DNA of 64,000 nt, from positions 304,544,001 to 304,608,000 of the forward strand of contig OZ024740.1 in NCBI GenBank assembly GCA_964016885.1, given 5' to 3'. The DNA comes from Eledone cirrhosa (taxonomy: Eukaryota). Below are positions 48,001 through 59,754 of the stretch, piece after piece. The notes under the pieces were generated by a model. That model was given only the letters and a program-made list of their open reading frames with translations, had not been told where the DNA came from and did not search any database. The position numbers were made by a program, and so were the translations under genes. How positions within the stretch are numbered: the stretch's first letter is position 1; every line of letters starts with the position of its first letter.

Positions 48001-51000
48001 ATTGTTGACCTAAACAGCATCAACAACTACTACCACTACACCCATCTGTTCACTCATTGTTCACCTAAACAGCATCAATAACTACTACCACTACACCCAT
48101 CTGTTCACTCATTGTTTACCTAAACAGCATCAATAACTACTACCACTACACCCATCTGTTCACTCATGGTTGACCTAAACAGCATCAATAACTACTACCA
48201 CTACACCCATCTGTTCACTCATTGTTGACCTAAACAGCATCAATAACTACTACCACTACACCCATCTGTTCACTCATTGTTGACCTAAACAGCATCAATA
48301 ACTACTACCACTACACCCATCTGTTCACTCATGGTTGACCTAAACAGCATCAATAACTACTACCACTACACCCATCTGTTCACTCATTGTTGACCTAAAC
48401 AGCATCAATAACTACTACCACTACACCCATCTGTTCACTCATTGTTGACCTAAACAGCATCAATAACTACTACCACTACACCCATCTGTTCACTCATTGT
48501 TGACCTAAACAGCATCAATAACTACTACCACTACACCCATCTGTTCACTCATTGTTGACCTAAACAGCATCAATAACTACTACCACTACACCCATCTGTT
48601 CACTCATTGTTGACCTAAACAGCATCAATAACTACTACCACTACATCCATCTGTTCGCTCATTGTTGACCTAAACAGCATCAATAACTACTACCACTACA
48701 CCCATCTGTTCACTCATTGTTGACCTAAACAGCATCAATAACTACTACCACTACACCCATCTGTTCACTCATTGTTGACTTAAACAGCATCAATAACTGC
48801 TACCATTACACCCATCTGTTCACTCATTGTTGACCTAAACAGCATCAATAACTACTACCACTACATCCATCTGTTCACTCATTGTTGACCTAAACAGCAT
48901 CAATAACTACTACCACTAGACCCATCTGTTCAATCATGGTTGACCTAAACAGCATCAATAACTACTACCACTACACCCATCTGTCACTCATTGTTGACCT
49001 AAACAGTATCAATAACTACTACCACTACACCCATCTGTTCAATCATGGTTGACCTAAACAGCATCAATAACTACTACCACTACACCCATCTGTTCACTCA
49101 TTGTTCACCTAAACAGCATCAATAACTACTACCACTACACTCATCTGTTCACTCATTGTTGACCTAAACAGCATCAATAACTACTACCACTACACCCATC
49201 TGTCACTCATTGTTGACCTCAACAGCATCAATAACTACTACCACTACACCCATCTGTCACTCATTGTTGACCTCAACAGCATCAATAACTACTACCACTA
49301 CACCCATCTGTCACTCATTGTTGACCTAAACAGCATCAATAACTGCTACCACTACACCCATCTGTTCACTCATTGTTGACCTAAACAGTATCAATAACTA
49401 CTACCACTACATCCATCAGTTCACTCAGCGTTGACCTAAACAGCATCAATAACTACTACCACTACACCCATCTGTTCACTCATGGTTGACCTAAACAGCA
49501 TCAATAACTGCTACCACTACACCCATCTGTTGACTCATGGTTGACCTAAACAGCATCAATAACTGCTACCACTACACCCATCTGTCCACTCATTGTTGAC
49601 CTAAACAGCATCAATAACTACTACCACTACACCCATCTGTTGACTCATGGTTGACCTAAACAGTATCAATAACTACTACCACTACACCCATCTGTCCACT
49701 CATTGTTGACCTAAACAGCATCAACAACTACTACCACTACACCCATCTGTTCACTCATTGTTGACCTAAACAGCATCAATAACTACTACCACTACACCCA
49801 TCTGTCACTCATTGTTGACCTAAACAGCATCAATAACTACTACCACTACACCCATCTGTTGACTCAGGGTTGACCTAAACAGTATCAATAACTACTACCA
49901 CTACACCCATCTGTTCACTCATTGTTGACCTAAACAGCATCAATAACTACTACCACTACACCCATCTGTTCACTAATGGTTGACCTAAATAGCATCAATA
50001 ACTACTACCACTACACCCATCTGCTCACTCATGGTTGACCTAAATAGCATCAATAACTACTACCACTACACCCATCTGTTCACTCATTGTTGACCTAAAC
50101 AGCATCAATAACTGCTACCACTACACCCATCAGTTCACTCATTGTTGACCTAAACAGCATCAACAACTACTACCACTACACCCATCTGTTCACTCATTGT
50201 TGACCTAAACAGTATCAATAACTGCTACCACTACACCCATCAGTTCACTCATTGTTGACCTAAACAGCATCAATAACTACTACCACTACACCCATCTGTT
50301 CACTCATTGTTGACCTAAACAGCATAAATAACTACTACCACTACACCCATCTGTTCACTCAGCGTTGACCTAAACAGCATCAATAACTACTACCACTACA
50401 CCCATCTGTTCACTCAGCGTTGACCTAAACAGCATCAATAACTACTACCACTACACCCATCTGTTCACTCATTGTTGACCTAAACAGCATCAATAACTGC
50501 TACCACTACACCCATCAGTTCACTCATTGTTGACCTAAACAGCATCAACAACTACTACCACTACACCCATCTGTTCACTCATTGTTGACCTAAACAGTAT
50601 CAATAACTGCTACCACTACACCCATCAGTTCACTCATTGTTGACCTAAACAGCATCAATAACTACTACCACTACACCCATCTGTTCACTCATTGTTGACC
50701 TAAACAGCATAAATAACTACTACCACTACACCCATCTGTTCACTCAGCGTTGACCTAAACAGCATCAATAACTACTACCACTACACCCATCTGTTCACTC
50801 AGCGTTGACCTAAACAGCATCAATAACTACTACCACTACACCCATCTGTTCACTCAGCGTTGACCTAAACAGCATCAATAACTGCTACCACTACACCCAT
50901 CTGTCACTCATTGTTGACCTAAACAGCATCAACAACTACTACCACTACACCCATCTGTTCACTCATTGTTCACCTAAACAGCATCAATAACTACTACCAC

Positions 51001-54000
51001 TACACCCATCTGTTCACTCATTGTTTACCTAAACAGCATCAATAACTACTACCACTACACCCATCTGTTCACTCATGGTTGACCTAAACAGCATCAATAA
51101 CTACTACCACTACACCCATCTGTTCACTCATTGTTGACCTAAACAGCATCAATAACTACTACCACTACACCCATCTGTTCACTCATTGTTGACCTAAACA
51201 GCATCAATAACTACTACCACTACACCCATCTGTTCACTCATGGTTGACCTAAACAGCATCAATAACTACTACCACTACACCCATCTGTTCACTCAGCGTT
51301 GACCTAAACAGCATCAATAACTACTACCACTACACCCATCTGTTCACTCATTGTTGACCTAAACAGCATCAATAACTGCTACCACTACACCCATCAGTTC
51401 ACTCATTGTTGACCTAAACAGCATCAACAACTACTACCACTACACCCATCTGTTCACTCATTGTTGACCTAAACAGTATCAATAACTGCTACCACTACAC
51501 CCATCAGTTCACTCATTGTTGACCTAAACAGCATCAATAACTACTACCACTACACCCATCTGTTCACTCATTGTTGACCTAAACAGCATAAATAACTACT
51601 ACCACTACACCCATCTGTTCACTCAGCGTTGACCTAAACAGCATCAATAACTACTACCACTACACCCATCTGTTCACTCAGCGTTGACCTAAACAGCATC
51701 AATAACTACTACCACTACACCCATCTGTTCACTCAGCGTTGACCTAAACAGCATCAATAACTGCTACCACTACACCCATCTGTCACTCATTGTTGACCTA
51801 AACAGCATCAACAACTACTACCACTACACCCATCTGTTCACTCATTGTTCACCTAAACAGCATCAATAACTACTACCACTACACCCATCTGTTCACTCAT
51901 TGTTTACCTAAACAGCATCAATAACTACTACCACTACACCCATCTGTTCACTCATGGTTGACCTAAACAGCATCAATAACTACTACCACTACACCCATCT
52001 GTTCACTCATTGTTGACCTAAACAGCATCAATAACTACTACCACTACACCCATCTGTTCACTCATTGTTGACCTAAACAGCATCAATAACTACTACCACT
52101 ACACCCATCTGTTCACTCATGGTTGACCTAAACAGCATCAATAACTACTACCACTACACCCATCTGTTCACTCATTGTTGACCTAAACAGCATCAATAAC
52201 TACTACCACTACACCCATCTGTTCACTCATTGTTGACCTAAACAGCATCAATAACTACTACCACTACACCCATCTGTTCACTCATTGTTGACCTAAACAG
52301 CATCAATAACTACTACCACTACACCCATCTGTTCACTCATTGTTGACCTAAACAGCATCAATAACTACTACCACTACACCCATCTGTTCACTCATTGTTG
52401 ACCTAAACAGCATCAATAACTACTACCACTACATCCATCTGTTCACTCATTGTTGACCTAAACAGCATCAATAACTACTACCACTACACCCATCTGTTCA
52501 CTCATTGTTGACCTAAACAGCATCAATAACTACTACCACTACACCCATCTGTTCACTCATTGTTGACTTAAACAGCATCAATAACTGCTACCATTACACC
52601 CATCTGTTCACTCATTGTTGACCTAAACAGCATCAATAACTACTACCACTACATCCATCTGTTCACTCATTGTTGACCTAAACAGTATCAATAACTACTA
52701 CCACTACACCCATCTGTTCACTCATTGTTGACTTAAACAGCATCAATAACTGCTACCACTACACCCATCTGTTCACTCATTGTTGACCTAAACAGCATCA
52801 ATAACTACTACCACTACACCCATCTGTTCACTCATTGTTGACCTAAACAGCATCAATAACTACTACCACTACACCCATCTGTTCACTCAGCGTTGACCTA
52901 AACAGCATCAATAACTACTACCACTACACCCATCTGTTCACTCATTGTTGACCTAAACAGCATCAATAACTACTACCACTACACCCATCTGTTCACTCAG
53001 CGTTGACCTAAACAGCATCAATAACTACTACCACTACACCCATCTGTTCACTCAGCGTTGACCTAAACAGCATCAATAACTGCTACCACTACACCCATCT
53101 GTCACTCATTGTTGACCTAAACAGCATCAACAACTACTACCACTACACCCATCTGTTCACTCATTGTTCACCTAAACAGCATCAATAACTACTACCACTA
53201 GACCCATCTGTTCAATCATGGTTGACCTAAACAGCATCAATAACTACTACCACTACACCCATCTGTTCACTCATTGTTGACCTAAACAGCATCAATAACT
53301 ACTACCACTACACCCATCTGTTCACTCATTGTTCACCTAAACAGCATCAATAACTACTACCACTACACCCATCTGTTCACTCATGGTTGACCTAAACAGC
53401 ATCAATAACTACTACCACTACACTCATCTGTTCACTCATTGTTGACCTAAACAGCATCAATAACTACTACCACTACACCCATCTGTCACTCATTGTTGAC
53501 CTAAACAGTATCAATAACTACTACCACTACACCCATCTGTTCACTCATTGTTGACCTAAACAGCATCAATAACTACTACCACTACACCCATCTGTTCACT
53601 CATTGTTGACCTAAACAGCATCAATAACTACTACCACTACACCCATCTGTTCACTCATTGTTCACCTAAACAGCATCAATAACTACTACCACTACACCCA
53701 TCTGTTCACTCATTGTTCACCTAAACAGCATCAATAACTACTACCACTACACCCATCTGTTCACTCATGGTTGACCTAAACAGCATCAATAACTACTACC
53801 ACTACACTCATCTGTTCACTCATTGTTGACCTAAACAGCATCAATAACTACTACCACTACACCCATCTGTTCACTCATTGTTGACCTAAACAGCATCAAC
53901 AACTACTACCACTACACCCATCTGTTCACTCATTGTTCACCTAAACAGCATCAATAACTACTACCACTACACCCATCTGTTCACTCATTGTTGACCTAAA

Positions 54001-56400
54001 CAGCATCAATAACTACTACCACTACACCCATCTGTTCACTCATTGTTGACCTAAACAGTATCAATAACTACTACCACTACACCCATCTGTTCACTCATTG
54101 TTGACCTAAACAGTATCAATAACTACTACCACTACACCCATCTGTTCAATCATGGTTGACCTAAACAGCATCAATAACTACTACCACTACACCCATCTGT
54201 CACTCATTGTTGACCTAAACAGTATCAATAACTACTACCACTACACCCATCTGTTCAATCATGGTTGACCGAAACAGTATCAATAACTACTACCACTACA
54301 CCCATCTGTTCACTCATTGTTGACCTAAACAGTATCAATAACTACTACCACTACATCCATCAGTTCACTCATTGTTGACCTAAACAGCATCAATAACTAC
54401 TACCACTACACCCATCTGTTCACTCATTGTTGACCTAAACAGCATAAATAACTACTACCACTACACCCATCTGTTCACTCAGCGTTGACCTAAACAGCAT
54501 CAATAACTACTACCACTACACCCATCTGTTCACTCAGCGTTAACCTAAACAGCATCAATAACTGCTACCACTACACCCATCTGTCACTCATTGTTGACCT
54601 AAACAGCATCAACAACTACTACCACTACACCCATCTGTTCACTCATTGTTCACCTAAACAGCATCAATAACTACTACCACTACACCCATCTGTTCACTCA
54701 TTGTTTACCTAAACAGCATCAATAACTACTACCACTACACCCATCTGTTCACTCATTGTTGACCTAAACAGCATCAATAACTACTACCACTACACCCATC
54801 TGTTCACTCATTGTTGACCTAAACAGCATCAATAACTACTACCACTACACCCATCTGTTCACTCAGCGTTGACCTAAACAGCATCAATAACTGCTACCAC
54901 TACACCCATCTGTCACTCATTGTTGACCTAAACAGCATCAACAACTACTACCACTACACCCATCTGTTCACTCATTGTTCACCTAAACAGCATCAATAAC
55001 TACTACCACTACACCCATCTGTTCACTCATGGTTGACCTAAACAGCATCAATAACTACTACCACTACACCCATCTGTTCACTCATTGTTGACCTAAACAG
55101 CATCAATAACTACTACCACTACACCCATCTGTTCACTCATTGTTGACCTAAACAGCATCAATAACTACTACCACTACACCCATCTGTTCACTCATGGTTG
55201 ACCTAAACAGCATCAATAACTACTACCACTACACCCATCTGTTCACTCATTGTTGACCTAAACAGCATCAATAACTACTACCACTACACCCATCTGTTCA
55301 CTCATTGTTGACCTAAACAGTATCAATAACTACTACCACTACACCCATCTGTTCACTCATGGTTGACCTAAACAGCATCAATAACTACTACCACTACACC
55401 CATCTGTTCACTCATTGTTGACCTAAACAGCATCAATAACTACTACCACTACACCCATCTGTTCACTCATTGTTGACCTAAACAGCATCAATAACTACTA
55501 CCACTACACCCATCTGTTCACTCATGGTTGACCTAAACAGCATCAATAACTACTACCACTACACCCATCTGTTCACTCATTGTTGACCTAAACAGCATCA
55601 ATAACTACTACCACTACACCCATCTGTTCACTCATTGTTGACCTAAACAGCATCAATAACTACTACCACTACACCCATCTGTTCACTCATGGTTGACCTA
55701 AACAGCATCAATAACTACTACCACTACACCCATCTGTTCACTCATTGTTGACCTAAACAGCATCAATAACTACTACCACTACACCCATCTGTTCACTCAT
55801 TGTTGACCTAAACAGTATCAATAACTACTACCACTACACCCATCTGTTCACTCATGGTTGACCTAAACAGCATCAATAACTACTACCACTACACCCATCT
55901 GTTCACTCATTGTTGACCTAAACAGCATCAATAACTACTACCACTACACCCATCTGTTCACTCATTGTTGACCTAAACAGCATCAATAACTACTACCACT
56001 ACACCCATCTGTTCACTCATGGTTGACCTAAACAGCATCAATAACTACTACCACTACACCCATCTGTTCACTCATTGTTGACCTAAACAGCATCAATAAC
56101 TACTACCACTACACCCATCTGTTCACTCATTGTTGACCTAAACAGTATCAATAACTACTACCACTACACCCATCTGTTCACTCATGGTTGACCTAAACAG
56201 CATCAATAACTACTACCACTACACCCATCTGTTCACTCATTGTTGACCTAAACAGCATCAATAACTACTACCACTACACCCATCTGTTCACTCATTGTTG
56301 ACCTAAACAGCATCAATAACTACTACCACTACACCCATCTGTTCACTCATGGTTGACCTAAACAGCATCAATAACTACTACCACTACACCCATCTGTTCA
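39100..56400. repeat. 9,884-bp higher-order duplication (boundaries approximate)
   Basis: CAGGG at 39983/49867 and CAGCGTTAAC at 44657/54541 share the 9,884 offset. The 165-bp trimer run is also duplicated (45146-46466 and ~55030-56350). Confidence 0.85.
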
Positions 56401-59400
56401 CTCATTGTTGACCTAAACAGCATCAATAACTACTACCACTACACCCATCTGTTCACTCATTGTTGACCTAAACAGCATCAATAACTACTACCACTACACC
56501 CATCTGTTCACTCATTGTTGACCTAAACAGCATCAATAACTACTACCACTACACCCATCTGTTCACTCATTGTTGACCTAAACAGCATCAATAACTACTA
56601 CCACTACACCCATCTGTTCACTCATTGTTGACCTAAACAGCATCAATAACTACTACCACTACATCCATCTGTTCACTCATTGTTGACCTAAACAGCATCA
56701 ATAACTACTACCACTACACCCATCTGTTCACTCATTGTTGACCTAAACAGCATCAATAACTACTACCACTACACCCATCTGTTCACTCATTGTTGACTTA
56801 AACAGCATCAATAACTGCTACCATTACACCCATCTGTTCACTCATTGTTGACCTAAACAGCATCAATAACTACTACCACTACATCCATCTGTTCACTCAT
56901 TGTTGACCTAAACAGTATCAATAACTACTACCACTACACCCATCTGTTCACTCATTGTTGACTTAAACAGCATCAATAACTGCTACCACTACACCCATCT
57001 GTTCACTCATTGTTGACCTAAACAGCATCAATAACTACTACCACTACACCCATCTGTTCACTCATTGTTGACCTAAACAGCATCAATAACTACTACCACT
57101 ACACCCATCTGTTCACTCAGCGTTGACCTAAACAGCATCAATAACTACTACCACTACACCCATCTGTTCACTCATTGTTGACCTAAACAGCATCAATAAC
57201 TACTACCACTACACCCATCTGTTCACTCAGCGTTGACCTAAACAGCATCAATAACTACTACCACTACACCCATCTGTTCACTCAGCGTTGACCTAAACAG
57301 CATCAATAACTGCTACCACTACACCCATCTGTCACTCATTGTTGACCTAAACAGCATCAACAACTACTACCACTACACCCATCTGTTCACTCATTGTTCA
57401 CCTAAACAGCATCAATAACTACTACCACTAGACCCATCTGTTCAATCATGGTTGACCTAAACAGCATCAATAACTACTACCACTACACCCATCTGTTCAC
57501 TCATTGTTGACCTAAACAGCATCAATAACTACTACCACTACACCCATCTGTTCACTCATTGTTGACCTAAACAGCATCAATAACTACTACCACTACACCC
57601 ATCTGTTCACTCATTGTTCACCTAAACAGCATCAATTACTACTACCACTACACCCATCTGTTCACTCATGGTTGACCTAAACAGCATCAATAACTACTAC
57701 CACTACACTCATCTGTTCACTCATTGTTGACCTAAACAGCATCAATAACTACTACCACTACACCCATCTGTTCACTCATTGTTGACCTAAACAGCATCAA
57801 CAACTACTACCACTACACCCATCTGTTCACTCATTGTTCACCTAAACAGCATCAATAACTACTACCACTACACCCATCTGTTCACTCATTGTTGACCTAA
57901 ACAGCATCAATAACTACTACCACTACACCCATCTGTTCACTCATTGTTGACCTAAACAGTATCAATAACTACTACCACTACACCCATCTGTTCACTCATT
58001 GTTGACCTAAACAGTATCAATAACTACTACCACTACACCCATCTGTTCAATCATGGTTGACCTAAACAGCATCAATAACTACTACCACTACACCCATCTG
58101 TCACTCATTGTTGACCTAAACAGTATCAATAACTACTACCACTACACCCATCTGTTCAATCATGGTTGACCGAAACAGTATCAATAACTACTACCACTAC
58201 ACCCATCTGTTCACTCATTGTTGACCTAAACAGTATCAATAACTACTACCACTACATCCATCAGTTCACTCATTGTTGACCTAAACAGCATCAATAACTA
58301 CTACCACTACACCCATCTGTTCACTCATTGTTGACCTAAACAGCATAAATAACTACTACCACTACACCCATCTGTTCACTCAGCGTTGACCTAAACAGCA
58401 TCAATAACTACTACCACTACACCCATCTGTTCACTCAGCGTTGACCTAAACAGCATCAATAACTGCTACCACTACACCCATCTGTCACTCATTGTTGACC
58501 TAAACAGCATCAACAACTACTACCACTACACCCATCTGTTCACTCATTGTTCACCTAAACAGCATCAATAACTACTACCACTACACCCATCTGTTCACTC
58601 ATTGTTTACCTAAACAGCATCAATAACTACTACCACTACACCCATCTGTTCACTCATTGTTGACCTAAACAGCATCAATAACTACTACCACTACACCCAT
58701 CTGTTCACTCATTGTTGACCTAAACAGCATCAATAACTACTACCACTACACCCATCTGTTCACTCATTGTTGACCTAAACAGCATCAATAACTACTACCA
58801 CTACACCCATCTGTTCACTCATTGTTGACCTAAACAGCATCAATAACTACTACCACTACACCCATCTGTTCACTCATTGTTGACCTAAACAGCATCAATA
58901 ACTACTACCACTACACCCATCTGTTCACTCAGCGTTGACCTAAACAGCATCAATAACTACTACCACTACACCCATCTGTTCACTCATTGTTGACCTAAAT
59001 AGCATCAATAACTACTACCACTACACCCATCTGTTCACTCATTGTTGACCTAAACAGTATCAATAACTACTACCACTACATCCATCAGTTCAATCATTGT
59101 TGACCTAAACAGCATCAATAACTACTACCACTACACCCATCTGTCACTCATGGTTGACCTAAACAGCATCAACAACTACTACCACTACACCCATCTGTTC
59201 ACTCATTGTTCACCTAAACAGCATCAACAACTACTACCACTAGACCCATCTGTTCAATCATGGTGGACCTAAACAGCATCAATAACTACTACCACTACAC
59301 CCATCTGTTCACTCATGGTTGACATAAACAGCATCAATAACTACTACCACTACACCCATCTGTTCACTCATTGTTGACCTAAACAGCATCAACAACTACT

Positions 59401-59520
59401 ACCACTACACCCATCTGTTCACTCATGGTTGACATAAACAGCATCAATAACTACTACCACTACACCCATCTGTTGACTCATGGTTGACCTAAACATTATC
59501 AACAGCTACAACAAATTCTA

Positions 59521-59556
59521 ATTAGTTTAATTATGTATTTATTTGTTTTCACTCAG
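59521..59556 (+). promoter_or_regulatory. 3' splice site region (T-rich tract and CAG acceptor; possible branch point TTAAT at ~59527-59531)
   Basis: attagtttaattatgtatttatttgttttcactcag directly precedes the open exon frame. Confidence 0.8.
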
Positions 59557-59748
59557 GTGGACGTGGTAGGCCTCCAAAGAAAAACAAGCCAAAATATGTA
59601 GAATCTGATGAGGATATAGATGAGGTGAAAGCACCAAAGAGACGGAGGCGTGCAGCAAAAGCAGAGGTAGAAGAAGCTGGAAGTAGTGAGTCATCTCCAC
59701 CTGCTCGACGGCCATCAAGAGCAGCTGCAGCAAAGAGAAACAGTTACG
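59557..59748 (+). CDS. Internal coding exon (partial gene) of an AT-hook-containing, nuclear/chromatin-associated protein
   Basis: Acceptor is tatttatttgttttcactcAG (AG at 59555-59556) and donor is TACG|GTAAAT (GT at 59749-59750). Length is 192 nt, phase 1 at both ends, and the frame is open: (xGT)GRGRPPKKNKPKYVESDEDIDEVKAPKRRRRAAKAEVEEAGSSESSPPARRPSRAAAAKRNSY(G..). It is purine-rich and more GC-rich than its flanks. GRGRPPK matches the AT-hook core (RGRP) and PKRRRR resembles a monopartite NLS. The gene cannot be identified from one exon. Confidence 0.88.
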
Positions 59749-59754
59749 GTAAAT
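59746..59754 (+). promoter_or_regulatory. 5' splice donor ACG|GTAAAT
   Basis: GTAA donor where the sequence switches to AT/T-rich composition. Read-through reaches an in-frame TAA about 10 codons later. Confidence 0.75.

Larger units (their letters stand above)
1..59512. repeat. 55-bp satellite/minisatellite tandem array, ~1,080 copies, open at the left edge
   Basis: Monomer TACACCCATCTGTTCACTCATTGTTGACCTAAACAGCATCAATAACTACTACCAC (55 nt; 18 A, 18 C, 15 T, 4 G; 40% GC) repeats head-to-tail in one orientation with no insertions seen. Units carry a few substitutions, and a recurrent 54-bp variant occurs (CTGTCACTC). The array degenerates at ~59490-59512 (aaacattatcaacagctacaac). Confidence 0.99.

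Noticed and set aside
1-59512. CRISPR array interpretation of the 55-bp or 40-bp repeats
   Set aside because: Units are contiguous with no unique spacers, there are no cas genes, and the context is spliceosomal/eukaryotic.
1-59512. Array as a repetitive protein-coding region (mucin-like)
   Set aside because: 55 is not a multiple of 3, stops (TAA, TGA, TAG) recur on both strands, 1-bp deletions are frequent, and no ORF appears in the track.
1-59512. Telomeric repeat or confirmed centromere
   Set aside because: The C-rich skew is telomere-like but there is no short telomerase-type unit. Centromere function cannot be inferred from sequence, and the adjacent exon favours an intronic array.
1-59512. 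Minus-strand TGTTTAG|GTCAAC (AGGT, recursive-splice-like) in each 55-bp unit
   Set aside because: It is on the strand opposite the only supported exon, the donor half (GTCAAC) is poor, and there is no evidence for a minus-strand gene.
59539-59733. Supplied minus-strand 64-aa ORF (MLQLLLMAVEQ...)
   Set aside because: It is the antisense shadow of the purine-rich + strand exon. The Leu-rich content follows from that, and the + strand has the splice sites and recognisable motifs.
59557-59748. Assigning a gene symbol (TOP2, CHD1, PDS5, HMGA)
   Set aside because: The motifs are short, low-complexity and shared by many chromatin proteins. No diagnostic folded domain is present in the window.
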